Assembly (NCBI RefSeq): GCF_000315625.1
Contig: NW_005434561.1
Span: forward strand, 150,294 to 214,293
Direction: 5' to 3'
DNA from: Guillardia theta CCMP2712
Lineage: Eukaryota; Protista; Cryptophyta
DNA length: 64,000 nt
Position 1 is the stretch's first letter; each line of letters begins with the position of its first letter. This document shows, piece after piece, positions 43,709 through 56,428 of the stretch. A program made the translations under genes and the position numbers. Under the pieces are notes generated by a model. That model saw nothing but the letters and a program-made list of their open reading frames with translations, was not told the origin of the DNA and searched no databases.

Positions 43709-45373
43709 ATGGAAGTAGTTCAAGTGAATGTTAACAATGTGAACATAGGACGCGAAACAAGGCATGCACCCAGTGGTTGAAGCAGCGATGTATGGAAGGT
43801 TGAGATACAAGGTGGACCAATTCCCGAGGGTTTGTTAACAATGTTTCCATTCAAGGTACGATGAGATCAAACGGTTTGCTCTCGAAGACCCAAAGGTGAC
43901 TCTAGAAGTCATGCTCTACATATTGATCGCTGCCTTCAGTGCTTGAATGAGCGAGAGCAAGAAGGGTGGACAGTCGCGTATGTATCACCTTCATGAGTGA
44001 TGCTTGATTGACTGTTGCTCCAGGCATTGGGCAGCAAGAAGAGGATTCGAAAACATTCTGAGCTTTGTAGCGGATCGTGTATGGTATCTCCGGCAATCGT
44101 TCTATTCCTGATTCATTCTCAGGTTCCGGCTCTGCTTGCAGCACAGGAGATTCACGGCGCTACCCCTGCCCACTTTGCGGCAGCAAATGGCCATGAAGGA
44201 ATACTGTACTGCAGGAAGAAACAAGAAGAAAAGAATTGAGTTGCTCGCAGGAACATAATCGCAGAACGAGACCCATCAGCTTTGATGATCAACGACAACA
44301 ATGGGGATAGTGCAGCGCACGATGCCGTTAGAAACAACAGGTATACTTCATCCAATGTTTGCCAATACATCATGATTTGATGTCAGATTGTTGTCGCTCA
44401 AAATTCTCATCGACACCAGTCCATCACTGATCTACGTTGCCAACAAAAATGGAGAGTTGCCCAAGGATATGGCAACAAGGGATGAGATCCGGGATTTTTT
44501 GAAGGTTTGAACTCTTGCAATGACAAGACGAGCGTCTTGATTTCAATGGCGCAGGAGGCAGAGAAGACAAGCTTGGTTCCTGCTGTCCAGCTGCAAAATT
44601 TAGTGAGAGAATCAAGAATCTTGAACTCTCAGAATGCCATCCTTGCTCTGTACTGCAGGTGGTGGACTTGGTGGAGATTTGGTTCATCTTATCATGTATC
44701 ACAGGTTTCACTGGCGGAGTGAAGGTGCAAAACCTGAACTACAAAAGGCAAGGAGGAGGAAACAAGGCTGAGGGGCTGACGCATGTTGCAGTTGGCAGAA
44801 ACAAGCATAGAAAACAACCTGATAACGAGTGAGTTTATGCGAACAATGGCAAAGTTCAAGGTGGTGAAAGTTTACCGCTGCGAGAATCTTGTCTTGCATG
44901 AAAAGTTCATGGAGAAGAGAAACGACATAAAAAAAGAATTTGATTCAGGAAAGTTCAACGAAACAGAACATGAACGATGGCTTTTTTATTTGCAGCTTCC
45001 AGACGAGAGTATAGATAGAATCTGCAAAGGCAGCCATCCCTTCATGTTTCGTGACGGCAAAGACAACAAATACGGCAACGGAATTTATTTCTCCAAGGAA
45101 GCAACGTTTGTAGACGACCAGGTGGCTGCGGACAAGGATGGAATCAAGAGGCTGTTGCTGGCTCGGGTGGTTGTAGGAAGGATTGACGCTGGTCATTCCC
45201 AGCTCACGCCACCGATCATCAAACAGCAGAGCGGCAAGGGAGCAAAGACGATTCATTCTCTCGCTGACAGCGAAGAAGAACCAATCACTTTCGTCATTCC
45301 TGATGGCGCCTGCGCTTACCCTGCGTATTTGATCTACTATAAGCTGAAGAGCAGCTTAGCAGAAAAGCAATGA
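43709..45373 (+). CDS. Ankyrin-repeat plus PARP-catalytic-domain protein, multi-exon
   Basis: GATPAHFAAANGH and GDSAAHDAVRNN ankyrins; KVYRCEN..L..KF, ERWLFY, YGNGIYFS, LLLARVVVG, FVI.....AYPAYLIYY; start approximate. Confidence 0.85.
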
Positions 45374-45385
45374 AGATGAAACCTG

Positions 45386-48300
45386 AATCTGAGCACATTC
45401 GCCTTCACCCCTTGCTCTTGAGAAGAGGAGTATCAATCTCCATGTTTCCTTCCAGCTGCAAGGAGAATGTCAAGTGCTGTACGGCCTCTAGGACTAGAAA
45501 AGACTCACCATCTTCCTCCTCTCCATCTCTTTGTTTCTCATTCTGTCTTGATACATCTTCAAATTCGCCTTGTACTCTTCGATTGCCCCCCTTTGCCACG
45601 GCATCAACTGCAATGACGGTCATGCAGTGTCAAACAATGCAAGGCTCCTGGACCTTCTTGTCTTGGAGCTTCAAAAGCAACTTCATGGTGTCATCGGTGC
45701 GGATCTCCCTGAACAAGAAAAACAGTCACTTGCTTCGGATTGCTTGCTCGTCTCACCATGGCGTCGGGTCAAAGTTGGTGTCTTCCGCTTCAAAATCGTT
45801 GTCTTTGTGGAGGAGGGAGCAATTCCCTGCACGGATCCCAACAGCACAAGGTATTCATTCAGACACTGAGCAATTTGATGGCCGTGAGCATAAGACTGAT
45901 ACCCTTCCTAAACTCGTCAAGCCTTCTTCCTGGATGGCTTCTTTCCATGCATTCCGCTACTCACACCATAGTTATAAACCTGGTTGACACACAATGAAAC
46001 ATTGAAACACACGTTCACACTCAAGATCGCAGACTATACGGTTGCAGTCGCATTCGACGTGTCTCTGACGTCAATAATCAGAGGGTCAGGCTGCCTCAAA
46101 CCTTCCAACAAGATCATGCTCTCCACGAAGATGAACAGGTCGATCAGCCGTCCACCACAACCTTGCAGCTGTGGCACGAGGTCAGAAAGCACTTGTAGCT
46201 TGTGTTAGGAGATTTGTTCACAGTCGTCAACTTTGTTTCTGACAAGCGTCATGGAAGGAAGTCGCAGGCTCATGTCTGTCTCATCCCACCTGTTCTTCAT
46301 CAGTAGCAGGCCTTCAATCGTTTCACAAACGCTTCCTGACAAACTCAGGCTTGGCACCCAGCAGGTTCCCAACTCCGTACTCGGGCCTAGAGAGCGTCCC
46401 GTACCCAGAGGGACCTCCATCGACCGCATACTTGCTGACCTGTGAAGCAGACAGATGAGAGCGAGGAAGGTTTGCTCTCCTCTCACCATCACAGGGGGTG
46501 TCACAGTGCAGAAAACTGATTGCCTCTGATCCACAAATTTACAGTTCTCAACACGAGCTACAGCGCATTCAGCAATTGCCAGCGCCACTCCGTTTCGCTG
46601 CAGAAGACATGCGCTCATGTCGCACGAGGAGCTGTCATAGAGCATGACACCACTGTATGTGTCCTCCACACACGACTCATTCATTCGCACGATCGACAAG
46701 CGATCAACCTGCGACCAGTCTCAACAGGAAGCAAGCGACCAAGGGATAGGATCACGTGCAGACCCACGATACTCCTCGTCATGAACGAGTCCCCTTCGCC
46801 TCCTATTGCACAGAGCTTGAAGGAAACGTTGGATATTCGCGGGGGCTCGCGGAAATAGCAAGGGGGCCATTCGTCGAGATGTTTCCTTTTGTGTTGCAAT
46901 GCTAGGTCGGAAGGAAAGGAGTTGCCTCTAGTCTTGGCATTCTTCCATTCGATGGCATGAACCTGCTTTGGCAAGGAAAATCCATCTTCCTCCATGTCCA
47001 TCGGCGCTTCGCCTTCCTTCTCATCATTTTCTGCTGCATCTTCTTCGCTCAAGTGCAATGGCGGAACGAATTCGCTGTATTCTTCCTCGCTCGGTTCATC
47101 TTGAGCGCCGGAATATTCTCTGCAATGCCTGCATACTTTTCCGTGAATCGGAGGCATTCCAGGTGAGGTCGCAAAGAAAGCAACTCCTTTCACGCTGCGG
47201 ACGTCGCAACTCTGAAACTCCCAGGGCCCATCGCAGCAAATGAAGGTGTAAGGCTGGATGACGACCTCTTCGTCCACCTCCGTTTCATTTTTAATCTTCT
47301 CCACGTCTTTGTTACTTGACATGATCAAATCCATGAAGGTTCCATTGGTGAATTCATCAAGCCTCCACGCTCCTCTCAGAACAGGAACTTCTTGGCCGAT
47401 TCCTCTGCGCTCTACGAAAAGCAACTCAGGAGGCTGCAGTGCTCCATTGTACTTTCTCCGGTGCTCCCGAAGTTTTTCATTGTCCACATCTCCCTTGAAA
47501 GTTTGATTCCCACGTCCACTCTTCACCTTTGCCATAAGAACCACTCCTTCTGTCCACAAGCAGTTGGAAGGTTTGTCCCAATCCCAAATTCCCTTTCGCA
47601 CAAGCAAATTGCACCACCACGGTTCTCGCTTGAATTCACGAGAAAGATTATATTGCTTCTCTACCTTGTCGAAGACTTGCCTCCTCTTCCACCTAAAAAC
47701 ACAGCAATGCGTGAGAGGAAAACACAGCAATGCGTGAGAGGATTCATCCATACCCACGAGTGATTTCGTCATCCCAGAAAGTGCGTGAGAAGCTCCTCTC
47801 CATGAGCATGAGGAAATCGTTGTAATGGTCCGGGATCATTAAGAAGGAGCCATTCTTTGCAATGTCTCGGTTTCGCTTGCCAGTACTGATCTGCTCATCA
47901 GCATGGTATTCATCGTGACAGAGGTTGCAGAATGGTATCTTTGAATCAAGTTTGCAAGGTGTGACAAGGAATCCCTTGCTTCGCACGTAGTTTACAAGCT
48001 GACCGTCACTGATTCGATGCCCTTCTATCACCCTGTACGTGTGAGAATTGATTTCGTATTTCTTATCAAAATGGGAGTCCCAATCTTCATGTAAGCGTTG
48101 GACACTCCAGTAGTCTGTAAGCGTTGAGAATCATTTGAGTTTGATACAGGTTTGAGCATCACCCATTGATAGAAACATATGCCTCAAATTTGCCTCGGGG
48201 ATATCTTTGCTAACCTGGAAAGTTTGCATCAGGCGGCTATCAGCAGTAAAGCGAATGACCTTGCAATCTGCATCCTTGCAATAGTTGTTATGCGAGGAAG

Positions 48301-48997
48301 CCATAGCAAGCAACTCTTCGACAAGCTGATGCTTAGGTACATGCAAGAGGGAAAAAAAGGAGGGGATCATGCCTCCTTTTCCTTCCGCCCTTAGTCTCTG
48401 CACGAGAAACGTCACAAAACGAGAGGATCTCCATGGGGTCAGCCACCGTCTTGTCTTCATCCGTGAGTGTCTCTTCGATCCAAGCTTTGCGCACTTCCTG
48501 TGTTGACGTGAACTGGTTAACCAGGACATAGGGCAAGAAGGGCAATTCACCCTCGCTTCGGCCAATCCTGCAAATTCATCAGGGATGACACCATGTGGCA
48601 GCATCTTGCTGAGGTTTTGTGCGTCTCTTGGGTCATAATCTCTTTCAACCTCTTCGACAAGGCGATCGATTTCCTTGAGATCAATGTTTCTTTCCACGCA
48701 AAATTCTTCGAACGGAACAAGTTTGGGCTTCCTACCTGCCGCAATGTCGACACGATTGGACTCTTCCATGTGGTTTCTAATTGCTTGTTGTAGCCCTTCC
48801 AGCTTTAGTTGAAGGTCTTCCGGACGAAGGACTCCTCCTCTGAGAAACAAGTTCGAGCCGCTTCCAGTGATTGCGCTTGGACATTGATCACCGAATCCTT
48901 GATTTAATGTTGCAGTGCAGAACAAAGATAGGACAAGAACGGAAGTACAGCATGCACGATGAAAGCTCGCCATCGAATCACTTGCCCATCGCATCAT
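45386..48997 (-). CDS. Hypothetical secreted multi-exon protein with right-handed beta-helix repeats (may be more than one gene)
   Basis: Signal-like N-terminus; SGVMLYDSSSCDMSACLLQRNGVALAIAECAVARVENCKF beta-helix pattern; many short introns. Confidence 0.55.
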
Positions 48998-49258
48998 ATT
49001 GTTGCTGAGTAAAATTGTGATTGCCCAGTTATTGCTTGGTTACCAACCATCACAGGTCGCAATGAAATTTTCTGCTGCCGCGCCCGCCTCACTTGCACGC
49101 CGTGGGCCTCGCCTCATCCGGCCATCCGACGGCGCACTGACTTATTTTACTACTTACTCGGTGTAGGGGGGCAGCAGTCACACTGTCTCGGCAGGATGGG
49201 GTTTGGTTCTCGCTGTCTTTTCTACAGATTCATCAGCCTGGTCAAGCCTCCTCTGCTC

Positions 49259-51747
49259 TCCTAATTGTCCTTGTACTGATTTTTAACTTAACTTTGGCCG
49301 CCGGCTACAGTAGTACTAAACTGAAGTTACTTTGATTGGTCTCTTTGCTCAAAGTTAAGTTAAAGATCTATTAACTTTGAGTAAAGAGCAGTAGTAAAGG
49401 AAGCACAGTGGTATTGATCGGACGGTTTGGCTTCATGCTTCAGTTTGAATCAATGTAACTGTTTCTCGCAAAATGTGTACCGCAGTAGGCTACTGCCCAG
49501 CGCAAGTTCCGTAACTTGAGTAATTTCTTAAAACGTTATAATTTTGGTACATCGGGTCATTTTATCAGAGGCCCTTAGCCACAAACTTCCGTGGGGTGGT
49601 GGTACATTTTGAAACCTTGGTGGGCAGGACTTCGTTTGCTCAATTTTGTCAAACAAAATTAGGAAGAAATATGAAATGTATATCTCAATTTTCAACATTT
49701 AGTTAAATATTTGAGATTTATATTTTGGTGACCGCGTGTTGTGACCACCATCAGTCACAAATTCAGAGCGCGCAGACTACCCAACCTAGTGGTGGTATGG
49801 GACCCCGAACAATTTTTTGTCACTGAGCACGAAGAGCGGAAGCTCAGGGGCATGGCGTTATGACAGGGGGTGGGGGGGAGGGTAGTCAATCAAAGTCCCC
49901 AAACTTGCCAGGATGTCTGGCGGGTTGAGAACATGTGGTCGATATGGTGGGGTAGTTATACAAGGGGGTGGGTAGTGGACAAGAGGGATACTTGAATGGC
50001 GTAGGAGCCGGAGCAGTGATACACGTTCGTTGATGATAGGTTTTTGAGATGATTGTGTGAGGAGGGAAAGGGTTGGAAGGTTCGGAGTTGGGAAGGACAA
50101 ATTTAGGAAAACAAGAGAAGCAAGAAATGGATCGAAGGACGAATGATGGTGATAAAAGGAGCAAGGTATTCACAAACTAAAAGATGATGCAAAGAAAATT
50201 CTGCACTGATCATCACTATGCGGTATTGATTCTGACTTTGGTATGCAGGTTTTGCCAAAAACCTAGTTTTCTGCTTCAAAGATGCCCTACAAGAGCAAAT
50301 CAGGGGAAACAGTACCAGACTGCAAGCCGTGCGGGGATGACTTTCCCATTTTCATGGCTCCAAGATATGTGCACGGAGAATTTGCAAAGTGCCCCTGCTT
50401 TGCTTGTTGCAAGTGCATGTGTGGATGTACACCATGCAAGTGTGATTGCACTCTTTGCGATAAGATTTGTGCAAATTGCAGGGGTCCTTGCAAGCCAGTT
50501 TGTGAAATCTGTCAGAAGTGTGACCAGATCTGTGAGATGGGCCCGGAGATCCCGTGCAAGGCAGTTGGTTGTGAGCTTACACTTGGAGTCCCAGCCCTGG
50601 AGAAGATTTTCGGGACTTGGCATGTTGCTTTCGACGCTTTTCCCATGCAGCTGCCTGCGGTTTTGTACCCGTGCATTTGTTGCTTACCTGCTGCACTCAC
50701 GCCCCCTTGCCCTGGAGGTAAAGATGAGGTCAAGAACGGAGATACCTTTGAGGTTGGGGCTGCAACTGAGACACAGCGAGTCAAAATACTTTCTTTCCTG
50801 TGCAAAGCATGCTCACCATATTCCGCACTCAAGCAATCGATTTGGGGACTGGCCATGGATCCCATTTTTGGAGGAGATACACCGCCTTTCTGGTATGGCA
50901 CGAAGTTTGAACCTCCCAAGATTGTGATGTCTGCCAAAAATTTTGGTTCTGTCCATCCAGAGGATGTCATTGAGCCTTTGAAGATGTAAGGAGGGCCCGG
51001 GGAACGGAAGTTGTCTTTGCCGCAGGCGACCGACGGCTCAGCTCATGCTGCCGCTGCCGGCTGGAACTGGAACGGACTCGCTCATTATCGCGGCTCGTTC
51101 ATGATCGCGGCGGCAATGCCAAGTCCGAAGTTTTCATTACAGTTGTCACTCAGTGTTGAACTCTGAGTGTCAGGATACTACTAGTACTACCAGGCTATTG
51201 TAACGAGCCTGAGGCAGCGGCCGCCCGGCCTAATACCGGCGCCGTGGCACGGTACCGATCATCGGATCGGCTGCAGTGCCAGGCCGCTCACAGAGTCAGC
51301 GGCTATGCACGGCCCGGCGGCCCGACCGTGCCGCCGCATAGCGTTATCCGATGATGGTGCGCCGGGTCCCCGCGGCCGCCGTGCTGACTCCCGAGTCCGG
51401 GGGGGCCGGACGGCGGCCACCGTGAGTGGCCGGGCCCCTGACATAGTAAACTGTTCAACGGTGAGACCGTGCGGCCAGCCGGTGGTGTGGGGCCGCATGC
51501 TGTCCCGCGACCCGGAGTGCCGCCGCGCGCTACCGTACTAGGCTATGATCACTGAGTCAGGCCGAGGCCAGTGGGTGCCAGTGACACGGGCCGCCCGGCT
51601 GACGGTCACTGAGTGGCCGCCGGGCCCCGGGCCCCGGTCAGCCGCGGCGTGGCCGGCAGTGCCACGGTGTCAGACTTTACTCAAAGCTAAGTTCAAGACG
51701 ATCTTTACTCAAAGTTAAGTTAAAAATCAGTACGAGGACAATCAGGA
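49259..51747. repeat. 38-bp dispersed repeat in inverted pair (49259-49296 and 51710-51747), transposon-end-like; more copies at ~33628-33666 and ~56256-56297
   Basis: TCCTAATTGTCCTTGTACTGATTTTTAACTTAACTTTG vs CAAAGTTAAGTTAAAAATCAGTACGAGGACAATCAGGA (2 mismatches). Confidence 0.75.
50282..50989 (+). CDS. Cysteine-rich hypothetical protein
   Basis: 235-aa ORF with dense CxxC/CxC tract; upstream AG acceptor at ~50247 suggests a further 5' exon. Confidence 0.7.
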   Translation: MPYKSKSGETVPDCKPCGDDFPIFMAPRYVHGEFAKCPCFACCKCMCGCTPCKCDCTLCDKICANCRGPCKPVCEICQKCDQICEMGPEIPCKAVGCELTLGVPALEKIFGTWHVAFDAFPMQLPAVLYPCICCLPAALTPPCPGGKDEVKNGDTFEVGAATETQRVKILSFLCKACSPYSALKQSIWGLAMDPIFGGDTPPFWYGTKFEPPKIVMSAKNFGSVHPEDVIEPLKM

Positions 51748-51908
51748 CGGTGTGTCCGAATACCTGGTTTCTTAAGTAAAAGTAATACTCAATCATGATA
51801 GAATCTTAGATGAATCATTTACCCTTGCTCTAATCATTTAGTTTAGTCAACTTAAAAGTAACTGATTTTGGGTTAGTAAAATCGTGCTTGGTGTCTATTC
51901 CCGTCATC

Positions 51909-52380
51909 ATGGTGCAGTACGGCAGCTTCGCACCGGAGCGAGCAGGTAAGACTATGAAGACACAGCGAGTGCGAACCAACCATGAACAACGTCCGCAATA
52001 GGAAAGAAGAAAAAGTTAGGATACGGTAGCATGGTGGAAAACAAGGGAGAAACGATAAGCTTGAGTAGGGAGCGAGTTGAAATCGGCTAAGAGATGTTTA
52101 GCTCAGGATGATTTATGTTGGTGGCTCTGATGCAGAGACAGGACCTGTTGCTCCCGAAGACACCTGGGCAGAGATGAAAGACTCAACAGATGAAATTAAG
52201 GTGTGAACGCTCTCGTGGAAATGTGAACCGTGAAAACTCGGGCAGGGGAAAGGCTCAAGCAAGCTCAGAGTCTACCTCGGGATGGGCGCCGTAGCCATTG
52301 CCATCATCATATACGCTTGCGTGCAGCTGACGGGATCTCCACATGACGCAGATGCGCATACACAACAGGCAAGCACCTAG
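51909..52380 (+). CDS. Small single-TM protein, three exons
   Basis: Spliced reading MVQYGSFAPERA-ETGPVAPEDTWAEMKDSTDEIK-GKGSSKLRVYLGMGAVAIAIIIYACVQL with canonical GT-AG introns. Confidence 0.55.
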
Positions 52381-52443
52381 ACCCTGCTTCTGCTACTTCA
52401 CTAATCATCATACAGCTACATCAACCTGTTTCTGCTTCCGAAT

Positions 52444-53480
52444 CTACTGTGCAAGCGGGACAAGTGTCAAGTCTCTTTGACTGCTTTTGTTTCTGAAACT
52501 GCGAGAAAGGTTCGGGCAGCTCATCAACGGCTGCACTTGAAAAACATCATGACGCAGCCTGCGATCCACTGGGCCCAGAACTATCTGATTGAGCAAGGTA
52601 AACGTTGAATCGAAGTCTCGCACTCCTGCTGTGACTTGTAGTATTTCAGTGGCCAAGTGGGCAAGAACGCATCCTACGAAACCGGGTCATGATGGCATGA
52701 TGCTCATCCTGAAAGTTCGTGTTCTCCTTGTTGCATCCTACCTCTCACCCGGTTATTGTCCTTCGCTGGCAGACTGATCCTGAAAAATATAAGCCCGTCG
52801 TACAGAACTTGGTAAGCATCACTGACAGACGCAGTTGCTTCAGTGATGGTAGTATAGGTCATGAGAAAGCTGGTGCACGTCCGCACCTGTGATGTGCACA
52901 ATGTATGCGAGGCAAACCCGGTAATGCTTGAATGCTTGTCTTGTGCTATCTGAGGTATTCATCAACAGGTTGCGGAGGAGATTCGTGCCAAGGTTTGTCC
53001 ACGGGGTTCTCCTTGCCCAAAAGATATTCTTTCCCGTATAGAGGACACAGCGTCGGTGCGTGCATGAGATTCTTTGCTTGGTGTGGCTCAAGGTTTGGCA
53101 GTGGGCTGCTAAGATAGCTACGGATGGTGCCTTCCATGGTCTCTTGCAAGAAATGCAGGTAAATTGCGAGGTCACTCTGTTTCTAATCTTGGTGACTTTC
53201 TTCAAGCATCCTCCTCCAGCTCCGCTCAAGAACTTCGGGCCAAGAGGCAACGAAGGAGCTCCTCCTAGTCGTGCAGCCTCTGTCCCTCCCCCCGGAGGAG
53301 CCTGGCAGACTCCAGGAGCCAATAACGCATGGTGAGGTGATGCAGCAGGCATAACCAGTGGTTGATAAAAGATAACGAGGGAATTCGAACCTCTCAATCA
53401 TGAGGCGTGGATGAAGATGATTTAATATAAGCTTTTCAAGCATTCAATCCCGAAAAAAACACTGAAAACTGATGGAATGA
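52444..53480 (-). CDS. Hypothetical multi-exon protein, possible C2H2-like zinc finger
   Basis: FTCISC...LAAHCQTLSH motif; short GT-AG introns; boundaries uncertain. Confidence 0.35.
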
Positions 53481-53519
53481 TCGTGGTAAAACTCAAACAA
53501 CTCGACGATCCTCATGCCT

Positions 53520-55407
53520 CTTTTTGGTTACCGCCGCATATTCGCCGGGCCCAACGGTCTTGATCTCACCAGACTGGTTAACATGTGTAAGAGGTTGTTA
53601 TTGCAAGGGTTAACTTGACCTTCTCCAACTCATGTGAGAAATAATGGATTGTTCTCCTTAGACCTTCCTTCACCGAGGTCTTGGGCTGTGCAAGAGCTCA
53701 ACGTGACTTGCTACATGACTCATCATTTACCCTCCATGCCAGTTCTCGTGAAGCGACGGTAATGTCTGGTCTACGCTGCTGCGGATCATCTTGGGTTGAA
53801 GGTTTATGCACAATCGAGCTTTCCTCATGTCAGAAATGCTATCAACAAACTCAATCTACCTGTTGGTCTTGGTCAATTTCTGGATGAGCTCAGCAAATTG
53901 ACTGTCAAACAAAACGTTAAATAGCCTCACATCAAATTCTGGTTTTTCACCGTATCGTGTACTCATCAGGATTTCCGATATTAACAGGTCGATCGTACGA
54001 GCCTGTCAACAAATATTCATGCATTGCTGTTGCGTCTTCGAGCGATTTCACCTTCCATGAGTGCCATTAACCCAGCAACCAAATCATCAACATACTGGAA
54101 GCTCCTCGTCGCTTTTCCATCTCCATAGACAGTCAAGTCTCGGCCCTGGTTTGTATCGTCACATCGTACTCCACGACAGACTCCTATCTCCGATAACCTG
54201 GAGAGCCTGAACGATGAAGTTTGAAACTACTCGACCATCCGAAGGGTTCATCCTCGGTCCAAATGTGTTAAAAATCCTTGCAACACGCACGTCTACTCCA
54301 GCCTATTCGCAGAAAGCATGTCACGTAACCGGCACTGAGATCGGAACATTCACCTGGTCTCTGTAAGCGTACATCATGGTTTCTCCCACTCGCTTCCCCT
54401 CATCATAGCATGCGCGCGGCCCGATGGGATTGACATGCCCCCAGTATGTTTCTTTCTGGGGATGCTCAGTAGGATCGCCATAAACCTGGCTCTCAATCTC
54501 AGGATGGCTGCTATATTTACATCCCTTTCTATCAACCTCGGAGGTAGACGTAAAGAGGATTCGAGCCCTCACACGTTTTGCCAGCCCCAGCATGTTAATT
54601 GTCCCCATAACACTTGTCTTGATTGTTTTGATCGGATTGTACATGTAATGAGGTGGGGAACTGGAGCACCAAAGATTAATTTGGAGGAAATCAATGTGTG
54701 CACCTTACGCTGGGCAGGCCAGATGAAAAATGCGATCGACTTCTAAGTGGATAGGATCTGAGGGACAAAATCAGGTTGACTCAGATTGACGTGCTCATCC
54801 TGCAATTGCTCAAGCAACACTTACCTGTGACATCGTGATTGATGAGATTGAAATTGGGATGAGAAATCCAATGTCTTAAAGCGGGGGTTAACTACATCGT
54901 GGAGGTGAAACGACATGATCTCACTGGATGTTGCTCTTTGATCCAGTGAACATGTTGTCAAGAACAGTAACCTCATGCCCCTAGCCGCAAATCAATTGCA
55001 CATAAGCTATGTGACATGTTCACCTGCTCCATCAAGCGATCAACCAAATTCGAGCCTACAAAACCAGCTCCTCCAGTGACGAGTATCCTCAAGCGTTTGA
55101 GCGGCGAAAGGGTTGTAACGGGAAAGTGAAAGACGGATTCAGATTTGATGTTTGAGTTGGTTGCTTCTTTCATCTGATACAACTGATGGGGATTGATTAG
55201 CAGCATCTTTCCTTGAAGTCTAGCAAGAACCTTTTCAGCAAGTCGACGATTAACTTCACGTTCGACTGCTTCATTGATGAGGTCCGAGATCTGAAGGTCA
55301 GACTTGGATCTCAGGCCAGCAGATTCCATGAGGGTGCTCGAAGACCAGAAGGCCACAACAACAAGAATGCATGGCAGAAGAAGTCTGATGTCGATCTTGT
55401 ATTGCAT
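53520..55407 (-). CDS. UXS1: UDP-glucuronate decarboxylase (UDP-xylose synthase), membrane-anchored, multi-exon; further 5' exons to ~56050 possible
   Basis: [88 protein letters not shown]. Confidence 0.93.
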
Positions 55408-56428
55408 TCTTTTAGACCTCCTGCAGGACAAAAGCGTCAAGTGTGAAATCTTGGAGTCATGAGTTGTACACCACTTCTGGGTCTTGCTGGGCTTTTCTTC
55501 TGCCTTTTGCGTCGTGTTTCGACGGTGAGATTCAAAATTCGCAAAATATCGAATTGCGAGGTTTTCTCTGCTCGATACCATTCAGCCGATAAAAGACATC
55601 GTTTGATTAAGAAAAATACAATCATTCAATTTTCTCACTTCTGCTCGTATCCTATCTATCGTTGTGAGATATCGGGACTTTCTCAGGCTTTGATAGGAGC
55701 CTCGGGGTGTGAGAAGGATTATTCGCGATACCCTTCGCTTTTGCCCTTATCTGACCTCTACTGGACAGATGTCCCTGCTTCACTTCTAACACAAGGTCAT
55801 GATTGCTTTTGTTTCTGTTGTTCTCATGTTCTTGCATCTTCGAACTGGCGCTTGCATCCATTCCTCTGGTTCTGACATGGCCCTTGGTCTATCCCAATTC
55901 TCCTGTACTACCCTACACCATCTCCTGACCCAACTGCTCAAAAGCACCTGTTGGAAATGTGTACTTTCGTACCACTTCTGTTGCGAGACATTAGAGCGAT
56001 GAGTCAGATCTCCTGCTGCTTGTTTTTCTTCCTTGTGTTCGTTCTCTCATTCCATCAAGTTTGGAAACCTCTCCCTTTTCCTACTTGCCATTAGCACGCA
56101 TTGTAAATGGCGACTGTTTAAAATCTCAACTTGTAAAAAATGAACCACAGTTTTTACTCATCTTGCACGGGACTGCAGCATTTCCGGCACTGAGCGGGTT
56201 TACTTTTAAAATTAGTCAAACTTTCAGCGCAGGGATTACCGACGGTACCAGACCGTTTACTCAAAGTTAAGTTTAAAAATCAGTACGAGGACAATCTGGC
56301 CGCGAGAACCGGCCGGCGTGAGAGGCCTTCACTGACGGTTCAAGATGTTGGTGGTTCTTGGGGTGACTCAGCCTCAAAAGAATCTGGTCAGTGAGGTGGA
56401 GAGTGATTCGATTACCGTTGAAAGCGAT

